A stretch of DNA of 64,000 bases, from the IMG/VR virus record IMGVR_UViG_3300022752_000054, positions 1 through 64,000 of that record. One strand, given 5' to 3'. Below the pieces are notes generated by a model that saw only the letters and a program-made list of their open reading frames with translations, had not been told where the DNA came from and did not search any database. The position numbers were made by a program, and so were the translations under genes. Of the stretch, positions 1-8,364 are shown piece by piece; positions within the stretch are counted from its first letter, which is position 1; the number at the start of each line of letters is the position of its first letter. The stretch is from a virus.

Positions 1-1
1 G

Positions 2-250
2 GTGGAACGAGGATCTAGAGATTTTGGAGGAACCGTGAAAACATTTCGAATTGAATCCAAGGATTTTCTAACCTGTTACAAGGCTCTCCGCCATTCCGAG
101 AGGATTTTCAAGGAGGCAATTCTGAGGAAGGATTTTCCAATGGAATCCAGTGAGGGTGAGTTTATTGGTTATCTTGCCGATATTCAGGAAACCAAGGAGA
201 AGATTGAGATGATTATGAAGGGTGATGAACCAAAGGAGGAGTTGCACTGA
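2..250 (+). CDS. hypothetical protein (possibly 5'-truncated)
   Basis: ORF coupled to the next gene (TGATG). Confidence 0.55.
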   Translation: MERGSRDFGGTVKTFRIESKDFLTCYKALRHSERIFKEAILRKDFPMESSEGEFIGYLADIQETKEKIEMIMKGDEPKEELH

Positions 251-678
251 TGAATACCGAACAAAAATACCTGATCAAGTACATGAGTGATATCGTGAAT
301 AACCCGGATGATCCACGAAAAAACCTGTATTGGGGAGAGAGTGGTGAGAGGTGGTATACCGATCCAAACATGGCAACCAGGTTCAATAATCCTGAAGGAA
401 TCTCAGAGGTTGGTAGGTTGCTTGTGGAACACGAATGGGTTACTCGATTGATTCGTGTGGAGGAGGTTCCAATGGTAAAACCAATCTCTCCACCGAATTC
501 TGGATTCATTCTCGTGGTGGATTGTGATGGAGATCCTCAGGAGGTATTCCCAGGAAATACCAGCATCGATCAGGTGTTTCAAGCGATCCAAAAGCTGGAT
601 AAGGATTCAGGTTATCATCCTCATTCCGCTTGGAAGTGGGGTACAGGTGGATTTTCCAGGGTTTTAGATAGGATCTGA
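250..678 (+). CDS. hypothetical protein; C-terminal domain paralogous to 1664..1855
   Basis: GAGGAG SD; DxDGD...PH(S/T)AWxW motif. Confidence 0.7.
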   Translation: MNTEQKYLIKYMSDIVNNPDDPRKNLYWGESGERWYTDPNMATRFNNPEGISEVGRLLVEHEWVTRLIRVEEVPMVKPISPPNSGFILVVDCDGDPQEVFPGNTSIDQVFQAIQKLDKDSGYHPHSAWKWGTGGFSRVLDRI

Positions 679-679
679 T

Positions 680-892
680 ATGTGTGAGGAATACTGTGGT
701 AAGGTATCATGGTGGTTAACCGATGAGTTCAAGGGGGTGAAAACATCGGAGATTCCAAACGCAAAGGATTTTCCTTGTTTCAATCCGAATTGTGAGGTGA
801 GGTTCAACCTTGCATTGGGGTATAGTGTTGGTGGTAGGAGTTATTGTTCCATTGAGTGTTTGAATCGCGCGGAGGAAATGAAACATGAGTGA
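680..892 (+). CDS. small Cys-rich (zinc-finger-like) protein
   Basis: CxNPxC...YCSxxC. Confidence 0.6.
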   Translation: MCEEYCGKVSWWLTDEFKGVKTSEIPNAKDFPCFNPNCEVRFNLALGYSVGGRSYCSIECLNRAEEMKHE

Positions 893-1142
893 TAAAATCG
901 ATCTGGAAGGAAACAAGGTGATTCCTGTACCAGGCCCAACCGCCACGAGCACAAAAGTTACTGCTGAGATGATCGTTGGATCGGTTGAGATCGATGATGA
1001 TGGAAACTCCAAGGTGAATTATTTTGTGAAGTTCTCCACCGAGAACAGCAACCATCACATTCTTTACCCCTGGGAGGGATTGAAAAGTTTAGTGCTTCAA
1101 TGGGTAAATATTGAAAAGGAGATGGGAAAGAATGTTGAATGA
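885..1142 (+). CDS. hypothetical protein
   Basis: overlapping operon ORF. Confidence 0.65.
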   Translation: MSDKIDLEGNKVIPVPGPTATSTKVTAEMIVGSVEIDDDGNSKVNYFVKFSTENSNHHILYPWEGLKSLVLQWVNIEKEMGKNVE

Positions 1143-1410
1143 TTGGAAACCTTTCACCGTGATTCCGGCCGGAGAGTTTAAGAATTCCAAAGGTGAAATG
1201 GAGGATTTCTACTATGTTGTTCTTCAGGTTCCGGGGTTTCAAACATTGGAACAATTCGAAGGAACTCTTCAGGAATGCCGGGAGGAGTGCCATGAGTTGA
1301 ATGTGAGAATCGGAGCATCACTATCACAACACATCATGGATGAGAATAAGAAACCAGGTAGGGTTACAATGGATCCTTGGGGTTCCTTGATGGGTAGGAA
1401 GGAAACATGA
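1132..1410 (+). CDS. hypothetical protein
   Basis: overlapping operon ORF. Confidence 0.6.
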   Translation: MLNDWKPFTVIPAGEFKNSKGEMEDFYYVVLQVPGFQTLEQFEGTLQECREECHELNVRIGASLSQHIMDENKKPGRVTMDPWGSLMGRKET

Positions 1411-1667
1411 GTGATTCCTACAAGTATGGGTACCAATCAGGGCCTTTCTACCGAAAGTTTCTGGCCGGTGATAATGTTTGGTGTGAGGTGAATAGGGATG
1501 GAGATGGTGGGCTTTGGTTACACCTTGGAAATTCCTTTGAGGGCCATCCATCACCGGAATCCAAACCAATTCACTTCAGTTCCGAGGAACAATTCATGGA
1601 GTTCTGCACCAAACTTCTAGGTGTGGATCACAATGGATTTGAGGAGTTCTGGTTGAGGTGGGGATGA
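1407..1667 (+). CDS. hypothetical protein
   Basis: ATGA coupling. Confidence 0.65.
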   Translation: MSDSYKYGYQSGPFYRKFLAGDNVWCEVNRDGDGGLWLHLGNSFEGHPSPESKPIHFSSEEQFMEFCTKLLGVDHNGFEEFWLRWG

Positions 1668-1855
1668 AGAAGGATGAGATCCAGTTCCCCAATGAGTTTG
1701 TGGCCATCCTGGATAAGGATGGTGATGTGGTGGATTTTTGTTCACCGAATGATGATGTGATTCAATCCTTACGAAGGTTGTTGGATGGAGAGAATCCTGA
1801 GGATGTTCCTCATACCGCCTGGGTTTGGAACCGTGGGTGGAGAAGGTGGGATTGA
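1664..1855 (+). CDS. hypothetical protein, paralog of the C-terminus of 250..678
   Basis: ATGA coupling; shared motif. Confidence 0.65.
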   Translation: MKKDEIQFPNEFVAILDKDGDVVDFCSPNDDVIQSLRRLLDGENPEDVPHTAWVWNRGWRRWD

Positions 1856-1892
1856 GGTGGAATTTTTGTTGGGTGAGGAATAATTAGATACC

Positions 1893-2192
1893 ATGAAACT
1901 AACCGCAACACAACTACGTAGGATAATCGCAGAAGAAGTTAAGAGAGCAACCCTCAAGGAGGAACTGGGGTATGGTACCGGTTCAGCCGAGTTACAAACC
2001 ATGTTAGATGTGGTTTGTGATGGTTGGAAATCCCAGTTTGATCCCAAGGATCCAAGCATGGATGCCAGTGGGGGTAAACAGGTTTGGGAAGCCCAGTGCG
2101 AAGCGGCTTGCGAAGTTCTCGGTGAAAAAATTGAGGAACTCATCATGCAGGTTGAGGAAGATCTTCACCTCGGGCAGTTCTATAAGGGTTGA
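1893..2192 (+). CDS. LRxIIxEE-leader protein (putative virion internal protein)
   Basis: MKLTATQLRRIIAEEV...LKEE; ATAATTA 6 nt upstream. Confidence 0.75.
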   Translation: MKLTATQLRRIIAEEVKRATLKEELGYGTGSAELQTMLDVVCDGWKSQFDPKDPSMDASGGKQVWEAQCEAACEVLGEKIEELIMQVEEDLHLGQFYKG

Positions 2193-2194
2193 TC

Positions 2195-2488
2195 ATGAAG
2201 ATCACAGTATCACAGTTGCGTAGGATTATCCGTGAAGAGGTGGAGAGAGTAACCGGAGCTCCATTGAAGGATGGTGGTGTTGTTAACCGTGATTCCGGTG
2301 AGATTCTGGATATGGATAGTGTTCCTCCTCAATACCTCGATCACATTGAGGTTGATGAGATGGGTTATACCACCCTTCCAAATGATAAGTTTGAGGAACT
2401 TCGTGGTGAACTGAAGGGTTTATCCGCGGGGAAACCAAAGAAACAAAGGTTGGCCCCGTTTCAAATCAACAGGATGCACAAAAGGTAA
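2195..2488 (+). CDS. LRxIIxEE-leader protein
   Basis: MKITVSQLRRIIREEV. Confidence 0.75.
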   Translation: MKITVSQLRRIIREEVERVTGAPLKDGGVVNRDSGEILDMDSVPPQYLDHIEVDEMGYTTLPNDKFEELRGELKGLSAGKPKKQRLAPFQINRMHKR

Positions 2489-2504
2489 CCCTGGATTACC
2501 TTCC

Positions 2505-2534
2505 GTGTAAAACCCGGTGAGGGTTGGATATTAT
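2505..2534 (+). promoter_or_regulatory. class I phage promoter (GTGTAA-N18-TATTAT)
   Basis: recurrent motif; ATG 6 nt after the -10 box. Confidence 0.65.
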
Positions 2535-2540
2535 CGAACC

Positions 2541-2765
2541 ATGTTACCGAGTGTTGGGGATATGGTTCGAATACATTTTGATGGGTTGGGTTCCTCCGGT
2601 GAAACCCTGGATGGAATTGTGTTGGATGTGATGTTTGTGGATCACATGGCCAAGTTGAACCGGGATAACAACTCACGGTGGATTTCATCACGAATGTTGG
2701 TGGATGGTAGGCCGAGGGTGGTGGATCTGTATTGGGATGATGAAGTGGAAGTGTTAAATACATGA
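2541..2765 (+). CDS. small KOW/SH3-like 'GDLV' family protein
   Basis: VGDMVRI...GIVL...VEVL. Confidence 0.7.
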   Translation: MLPSVGDMVRIHFDGLGSSGETLDGIVLDVMFVDHMAKLNRDNNSRWISSRMLVDGRPRVVDLYWDDEVEVLNT

Positions 2766-2941
2766 GTTTCCAGGTAAAAGATCTGGTGTTTGTGAAGGGT
2801 TCACGAACCTTGTATCAAATTCCACTCATCATTGTTGATATTCAAAGTTTTCAAGATGGTGTTGATTACATCCTACTTGATCCACAAACAGGAAATCGTT
2901 ATGCATATCAAAAACATGATCTAATGGATTCTCCACAGTGA
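2762..2941 (+). CDS. small 'GDLV' family protein (59 aa, absent from the ORF track)
   Basis: MSFQVKDLVFVKG...; coupled at both ends. Confidence 0.65.
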   Translation: MSFQVKDLVFVKGSRTLYQIPLIIVDIQSFQDGVDYILLDPQTGNRYAYQKHDLMDSPQ

Positions 2942-3156
2942 AAATTGGAACATTGGTAAAACCAAGGAGAAACAAAGGAATTCCTATCGATCTAATATCA
3001 CCTGATATTAAGTGTTATGTACCAATGGGATTGAATCAGGTTGGTATTGTAATCGATCCACTACCAAGTTCCTATGGAACCTTTGTTAGGTTATTGGTTG
3101 ATGGAAGGATTGGAGATGGATATCGAGTTGATTTTGAGGTAATAAGTGATCAATGA
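2938..3156 (+). CDS. small 'GDLV' family protein
   Basis: MKIGTLV...GIVI...FEVI. Confidence 0.7.
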   Translation: MKIGTLVKPRRNKGIPIDLISPDIKCYVPMGLNQVGIVIDPLPSSYGTFVRLLVDGRIGDGYRVDFEVISDQ

Positions 3157-3413
3157 AATTCTCGGTTGGAAACCTGGTGTTGGTAAATGGATACCAAAGA
3201 AAACTTTGGGGAAGTGAAGAGGAATTGGTTAGAGGTTATAAAACCTATCCAGGTGAATATGGTTATCATGGTTCCATATGGGTTGAACCAGGTTGTGGTG
3301 TGGTTTTAGGTGTAAAAAAAGAATTCATTCAGGTTTTAATTCATTCCTATTTTATTTGGTTTGAAAAAACTCAACTTGAACCGGTGAGGCACCATGAAGT
3401 ACCGTTACCCTAA
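3153..3413 (+). CDS. small 'GDLV' family protein
   Basis: VGNLV...GVVL. Confidence 0.7.
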   Translation: MKFSVGNLVLVNGYQRKLWGSEEELVRGYKTYPGEYGYHGSIWVEPGCGVVLGVKKEFIQVLIHSYFIWFEKTQLEPVRHHEVPLP

Positions 3414-3630
3414 AAAGAAGTATAAGATAGGTGATATGTTCACCGCAAATTTTCCATGGGAATCCCAGGAGGTTTGGAGTGAACTTCATGGTTTCATTCC
3501 TGAAGGAATTCATAGAGGAGATTCTCTACTGGTACTTCAGGTGGTGGATAAAAGATTGAAGGTTTTAACACCTCAGGGTACCGTTGGTTGGGTTTCGGTG
3601 AACATATTCGAGGATGATCACCATTTGTAA
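3394..3630 (+). CDS. small 'GDLV' family protein
   Basis: KIGDM...KVLTPQGTVGWV. Confidence 0.7.
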   Translation: MKYRYPKKKYKIGDMFTANFPWESQEVWSELHGFIPEGIHRGDSLLVLQVVDKRLKVLTPQGTVGWVSVNIFEDDHHL

Positions 3631-3685
3631 CAATCAAATTTCAATGATGAAACCGAGGAGAGTTTGATGAATTTTAGTTATCACC

Positions 3686-4726
3686 ATGAAGAAAATTTCC
3701 TCAGTGGTGATGGGTTTTTTATCTTTGTTGTTCATCGCAAATTGTAGGATTCGTGTTGAGGATCCGTTGGGGGAAAATCAATCCACCCTCAAATCTCAGG
3801 GAAAAACGAAGGTTGTTCTTCTAACCATCGATGGTGTAAGATGGGAAGAGGTGTTCTTTGGAACTGATTCAAGGTTATACAAGAAACACAGTTTAACACC
3901 TGAGGAACTTCTACCGAACATATACCATTACTTTGTGGAGAAAGGTTCATCCTACGGAAGAGAATCACCTGTTGTTGTTTCAGGAGAGAACCATATATCT
4001 CTTCCTGGTTACCTGGAGATGATGAGGGGTTATCCCACAATGGATTGCGTTACCAATCTTTGTGAACCTGAAGTGAAACCAACATTGGTGGATAACTTTG
4101 AGAAAGTTGCGGTTTTTTCATCTTGGGATACCGTGAGGAAATCCATAAATGGTTATCCCAATCATTTCGTGGTGAACTCAGGCAGGAATCATAGATCCCA
4201 AGGTTTCCACAACATGAAAATGAAGGATGATCAGGATTTCGATTGTTATGTTGGGCATTTTGATTACCGCCCTGATGAGTTCACGATGAAATCCACCTTT
4301 GATTATCTATCCAAAGAAGTACCCAATTTCTTGTGGGTATCCCTCGGAGACACAGATGAACACGCTCACTCCAATAACTACGAAGGTTACCTCTTCGCGT
4401 TGAAGAGGTTCGATTTCTTTGTGGGTGAGATCATCAGGGAGTATGATGATGATACAATCTTCATCATCACCACAGATCATGGTAGATCTTTGGACTGGAC
4501 TCAACACGGATACGATCCACAATCCTCAAGGGTATGGTTGATGATCCATGGAAATGGGATCCCTCACTCGGGCCACGTGAAACTAGCGGGGGCAAGAACC
4601 CTATCGGATATCACCCCCACAGTTCTTCAGTTAACTCATGGGATACAGAGCAACAGATCTTTCTTGAGAACCACCGGTGAATCACTTCAATACCAACGAG
4701 CATCCTTGAAGAATGAAAACCGGTGA
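3686..4726 (+). CDS. alkaline-phosphatase-superfamily metalloenzyme with N-terminal signal (possible lipoprotein)
   Basis: LTIDGVR, SLPGY, GDTDEHAH, TTDHG metal-binding motifs; hydrophobic N-terminus ending in ANC. Confidence 0.85.
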   Translation: MKKISSVVMGFLSLLFIANCRIRVEDPLGENQSTLKSQGKTKVVLLTIDGVRWEEVFFGTDSRLYKKHSLTPEELLPNIYHYFVEKGSSYGRESPVVVSGENHISLPGYLEMMRGYPTMDCVTNLCEPEVKPTLVDNFEKVAVFSSWDTVRKSINGYPNHFVVNSGRNHRSQGFHNMKMKDDQDFDCYVGHFDYRPDEFTMKSTFDYLSKEVPNFLWVSLGDTDEHAHSNNYEGYLFALKRFDFFVGEIIREYDDDTIFIITTDHGRSLDWTQHGYDPQSSRVWLMIHGNGIPHSGHVKLAGARTLSDITPTVLQLTHGIQSNRSFLRTTGESLQYQRASLKNENR

Positions 4727-4889
4727 TTGTGTGGTGGTTAATAGAACCTTGTATCGTAGAAAAACGATTGGAATTATTCTACGTGAGGAACCTCATGCAT
4801 GGGAAACCAGGTTTTTTACGGTAATTTTACCGGATGGAAATACCGAATTGTTTTCAGAGAATAATCTAGAGGTGGTTCCAACCAAATGA
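4713..4889 (+). CDS. small 'GDLV' family protein (58 aa, absent from the ORF track)
   Basis: MKTGDCVVV...IGIIL...LEVV. Confidence 0.65.
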   Translation: MKTGDCVVVNRTLYRRKTIGIILREEPHAWETRFFTVILPDGNTELFSENNLEVVPTK

Positions 4890-5098
4890 AGATGGATTTT
4901 GGTACCGGTAAGAGTATTGATTTGGAACCGGGAGATCTTGTGAAATATGTTCCGGTGTATGGTGGTGTTAATTTTGGTGTTTTTGTTGGAACAACCAAGA
5001 AGGGTTATCCAATGAGAAGATTGAAGATGAGGTTTTTGGTGGATGGTGTTGTTCAAGAGATACCAACCGGTTTGATATTTAAGATGGAAGTTGTGTGA
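4886..5098 (+). CDS. small 'GDLV' family protein
   Basis: PGDLV...MEVV. Confidence 0.7.
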   Translation: MKMDFGTGKSIDLEPGDLVKYVPVYGGVNFGVFVGTTKKGYPMRRLKMRFLVDGVVQEIPTGLIFKMEVV

Positions 5099-5307
5099 TG
5101 AAAACCGGGGATCTCATTTGGTACTATGATGAACATAATTCCTTGAGGAATGATTTCCTTGGGATATACCTGAGTTCCAGGGGAACCAAATGGAGTGATA
5201 AACATATGTTCCATAAGGTGATCCTGTGTGGGGGAGGAATAGATGAGTTTGTTTTGAGGATTGGTGGAGAAGGTAGGATAGAGGTGGTTCAGGGGTGGGA
5301 GGAATGA
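5098..5307 (+). CDS. small 'GDLV' family protein
   Basis: MKTGDLI...GIYL...IEVV. Confidence 0.7.
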   Translation: MKTGDLIWYYDEHNSLRNDFLGIYLSSRGTKWSDKHMFHKVILCGGGIDEFVLRIGGEGRIEVVQGWEE

Positions 5308-5549
5308 AAATTCGCTCAGGAGATTTGATGTTTTCCAATGTTGGAACCAATGTTTGGGATACCCCTGGAGATCATTCTCCTTCCAGTGTTGTTGATCTTC
5401 TGGAGGAAAAACAACCGGTGATTGTGTTGGAAATTTACAAGAGAAAATACTATGAACACAACCTCACCGAGATAAAGGTTCTCACCCCCAATGGTGCGGT
5501 TGGGTGGGTTGCGATAGAGAAGGTTGATAAGGTTTGGGTGATAATGTGA
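5304..5549 (+). CDS. small 'GDLV' family protein
   Basis: SGDLM...KVLTPNGAVGWV. Confidence 0.7.
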   Translation: MKIRSGDLMFSNVGTNVWDTPGDHSPSSVVDLLEEKQPVIVLEIYKRKYYEHNLTEIKVLTPNGAVGWVAIEKVDKVWVIM

Positions 5550-5806
5550 TCCCTGGTGATTCGGTACGAGTTTTATCTGTAAAGAACCACCACAATGATC
5601 TCCACCGGGTATACGATATCCCTGTTAAATTCCGTTGGGTAGGTGAATCCGTGGTTCCACGTTCCTTCATCTTCAAGGTTCCAGGTGGATCACTTGGAAT
5701 CATTCTGGAAATCCAAGGTGAACAACTCAAGGTTCTGTTCCACGGTGGTTCCGTGGGGTGGATCAAGAGTGAACTTGTGGAAGTTGTGGATATCCACACC
5801 CTGTGA
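5546..5806 (+). CDS. small 'GDLV' family protein
   Basis: PGDSV...GIIL...VGWI...VEVV. Confidence 0.7.
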   Translation: MIPGDSVRVLSVKNHHNDLHRVYDIPVKFRWVGESVVPRSFIFKVPGGSLGIILEIQGEQLKVLFHGGSVGWIKSELVEVVDIHTL

Positions 5807-5832
5807 AATCCTCCACCCACAGGTGATACAAT
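5803..5832 (+). promoter_or_regulatory. class I promoter (GTGAAA-N18-TACAAT)
   Basis: ATG 6 nt downstream. Confidence 0.65.
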
Positions 5833-5838
5833 ATACCT

Positions 5839-6057
5839 ATGGAATACCACTCCGGTGATCTCATCCTGGTAAAACCCGGAACCCATGTTCCACCAGGATC
5901 CAGGTATTCTTCAGGGATCATCATCAAATCCTACGAGGATCCCATGTTTCCACGTGTAACTCCTGAAATCTTCCTCGATATCCTGTGGGTGGATGGGCAT
6001 CAATCAACCCAAAGCATCAGGCTCGTAAAACCCTACTATGAATTCATCAAACCTTAA
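5839..6057 (+). CDS. small 'GDLV' family protein
   Basis: SGDLI...ILWVDGHQ. Confidence 0.7.
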   Translation: MEYHSGDLILVKPGTHVPPGSRYSSGIIIKSYEDPMFPRVTPEIFLDILWVDGHQSTQSIRLVKPYYEFIKP

Positions 6058-6286
6058 ACCCGGTTCACTTCTCAAGGTAAACCACCACGTGGTTCCGAAA
6101 CTTCGTTTCAACCACGAACTTCCCGATGATATCCATTGGGATGGAAAATCCATGGTTTACCCCAACGATATCCTCATTTACCTCGGGGTGGAAATCATCC
6201 GTTTCGTTCACTTCGCTCGTGTTTTCTCATCCTCCCACGGCCGAACCGGTTACGCGGCCCTCCAATACCTCTCGGATCTCAAATGA
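6038..6286 (+). CDS. small 'GDLV' family protein
   Basis: PGSLL...VFSSSHGRTGY; paralog of the next ORF. Confidence 0.7.
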   Translation: MNSSNLKPGSLLKVNHHVVPKLRFNHELPDDIHWDGKSMVYPNDILIYLGVEIIRFVHFARVFSSSHGRTGYAALQYLSDLK

Positions 6287-6528
6287 AACACCCCGAATTT
6301 CCAGGAGGAACCCTTCTCAAACTCCACGGTTCCCTTCTCTCCACCTCATTCCACAATGATGGTGTGGATAACCTATGGAATGGAGAACATCGCATCCATC
6401 CCCAGGAAATCCTCATTTCCCTAGGAAAAACCCTCAGGACTTTCACCCACTACACCCTCGTTTTCTCTCCCACCCACAATCGGGCAGGTTACATTAGAAC
6501 GGATCACATCTCGGAAATTCAACCATGA
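6283..6528 (+). CDS. small 'GDLV' family protein
   Basis: ATGA-coupled start MKHPEFPGGTLL...VFSPTHNRAGY. Confidence 0.65.
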   Translation: MKHPEFPGGTLLKLHGSLLSTSFHNDGVDNLWNGEHRIHPQEILISLGKTLRTFTHYTLVFSPTHNRAGYIRTDHISEIQP

Positions 6529-6713
6529 AAATTGGAGATCTACTTCAAAAACGCAGGATAACCTCCACCTCCTCTAAAATCCTTGGAATCCTACTGGATG
6601 AACCACAATTCCCCAGGTATGGAAACCATCCAAAGTACTATAGAATCCTAACCCCACAAGGAACCGTGGAAATCATAACGGATCAACACAAATACCTCAT
6701 AGAGGTTGTTTGA
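6525..6713 (+). CDS. small 'GDLV' family protein
   Basis: MKIGDLL...IEVV. Confidence 0.7.
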   Translation: MKIGDLLQKRRITSTSSKILGILLDEPQFPRYGNHPKYYRILTPQGTVEIITDQHKYLIEVV

Positions 6714-6925
6714 ATCCCCCTCCACTCGGATCCCTGGTTCTATACCACTTTGGAAATTCCAAGGTTTTTGGGATCATCACATCAATAATTCGAGGAGGAG
6801 AAGAACAATTTTACCCTATCCCATCATTATTCACACTTGAAATAATGGAAACCGGTGGAAGAAAAACATGGTGGGATATACACGAATCGGATCTTCTCAA
6901 CGGTAAATTTCAGGTTCTCCAGTGA
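6710..6925 (+). CDS. small 'GDLV' family protein
   Basis: LGSLV...FQVL. Confidence 0.65.
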   Translation: MNPPPLGSLVLYHFGNSKVFGIITSIIRGGEEQFYPIPSLFTLEIMETGGRKTWWDIHESDLLNGKFQVLQ

Positions 6926-7134
6926 AAATTGGTGATCTGGTGAGCATCACCCACATCGTTGGGATTCGCATGGAAACCAAAACCACGGTAGGAATACTTC
7001 TCTCCTACGAACCGGTTGAACCCAACATGTACGATAACATCTACGATCTTGAGATACTCACCACCGAAGGTAACGTAATCGGGCTCGGAATTTTTCACGG
7101 TGATAAACTGGAGGTGATCAGTGAAGATTGGTGA
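6922..7134 (+). CDS. small 'GDLV' family protein
   Basis: MKIGDLV...LEVISE. Confidence 0.7.
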   Translation: MKIGDLVSITHIVGIRMETKTTVGILLSYEPVEPNMYDNIYDLEILTTEGNVIGLGIFHGDKLEVISEDW

Positions 7135-7333
7135 TCTACTGGTTCCACTCAACTCCTCCACATCCCATAAACATCATCCAGGATTGGTAACAGGTTTAAC
7201 CGATAAAAGCTCCAACTTCAACGTGGTATACATCACCTGGAGGAATGGGGTAACCGATGGTTGGGATCACAACTTCGTTATCAAAAACTTCGAGGTGATC
7301 AGTGAACAAAACCCGGATCCCAAGTGTAAATGA
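7121..7333 (+). CDS. small 'GDLV' family protein
   Basis: MKIGDLL...FEVISE. Confidence 0.7.
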   Translation: MKIGDLLVPLNSSTSHKHHPGLVTGLTDKSSNFNVVYITWRNGVTDGWDHNFVIKNFEVISEQNPDPKCK

Positions 7334-7490
7334 TGTGATTCCAGGGGTACTGGTTCTCCACCATCTCACCCCAGAAATCGGAATTGTTCTCCGTGTAAAT
7401 TGGGAGATGGTTGAGTTACTATCGTGCAATGGATCGGTGGTTAGTTGGGAATTCGATTCATTTCGAAGCACCTATGAGATTCCACTATGA
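7302..7490 (+). CDS. small 'GDLV' family protein
   Basis: PGVLV...GIVL. Confidence 0.6.
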   Translation: MNKTRIPSVNDVIPGVLVLHHLTPEIGIVLRVNWEMVELLSCNGSVVSWEFDSFRSTYEIPL

Positions 7491-7675
7491 AAAAAGGTGA
7501 TCTGGTTCTAATCGATCATTATCATCCCAGGGATTCACCACAATCCTATGGGATCTACATCAAGGATATTCAACTACGAGATCCTCGATACACACCATCA
7601 TTTCCAACCTGTGAAATCATCACCTCCAATGGTTTACAGGTAATTGGAGTGGAAAGAATCCATGTACTACTATGA
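7487..7675 (+). CDS. small 'GDLV' family protein
   Basis: MKKGDLV. Confidence 0.7.
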   Translation: MKKGDLVLIDHYHPRDSPQSYGIYIKDIQLRDPRYTPSFPTCEIITSNGLQVIGVERIHVLL

Positions 7676-7854
7676 AACCCTCTGAGGTTCAGGTTGGAGA
7701 TCTTATGATCACAACAGATTTTCTAGATGCGGATCTACAACTGGTACTTCGGGTGGATCACAACCGGGATCTCGTTGATGTTTTCACCCCCAGGCTCGGG
7801 AAGGTGGAACAATATCGTTCCTCCTGGATTAAAGGTTGTGAAAAGGTTTGTTAA
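7672..7854 (+). CDS. small 'GDLV' family protein
   Basis: VGDLM. Confidence 0.65.
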   Translation: MKPSEVQVGDLMITTDFLDADLQLVLRVDHNRDLVDVFTPRLGKVEQYRSSWIKGCEKVC

Positions 7855-8306
7855 ACCTCAATGATTTCCTTTATCCAACCCCTAGGAATCGAAGGTAATG
7901 ATGTTCCTATTTCTCCATCCACACCATCAGGAAATTCATTCATAAACTCATAGTAACCATCATCACCACTTCCAAACCTATCATCAGGAACCACAAACTG
8001 GGGATTCAAATATTTCTTTGGAATTTCAACCCTAACCATCACCCCTTCTTTGGTTACCCACCTCGGAGAATCATACCAACCCACGGTAAAATAAATTCCA
8101 TGTGATTCCGATTGAAGTTTTAATCCACCCTTCTCAATCGAATCCTTGTTACTCAATGGTGATTCATGGGTTACACGAAGAAAACCTCCACTTCCATCCG
8201 CAAGATGATTTAAGGTGGAATAAAACCAAACCTTCTCAGGAATCCAATCCTCTTCCTCCAGGTTTTCCCTTATCAATCTTCTCAAATCACCAAGTGAAAT
8301 CTTCAT
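7851..8306 (-). CDS. LRxIIxEE-leader protein with putative ADP-ribosyltransferase-fold (H-Y-E/Tpt1-like) domain
   Basis: MKISLGDLRRLIRENLEEE; THES...SIEKGGL...GIYFT...EI...IPRGWI. Confidence 0.6.
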   Translation of the reverse strand: MKISLGDLRRLIRENLEEEDWIPEKVWFYSTLNHLADGSGGFLRVTHESPLSNKDSIEKGGLKLQSESHGIYFTVGWYDSPRWVTKEGVMVRVEIPKKYLNPQFVVPDDRFGSGDDGYYEFMNEFPDGVDGEIGTSLPSIPRGWIKEIIEV

Positions 8307-8364
8307 GGGGTTAATTATACAATTGAGTTGATATTATGAATTCCAATCGAATTGGAGATCTGTT

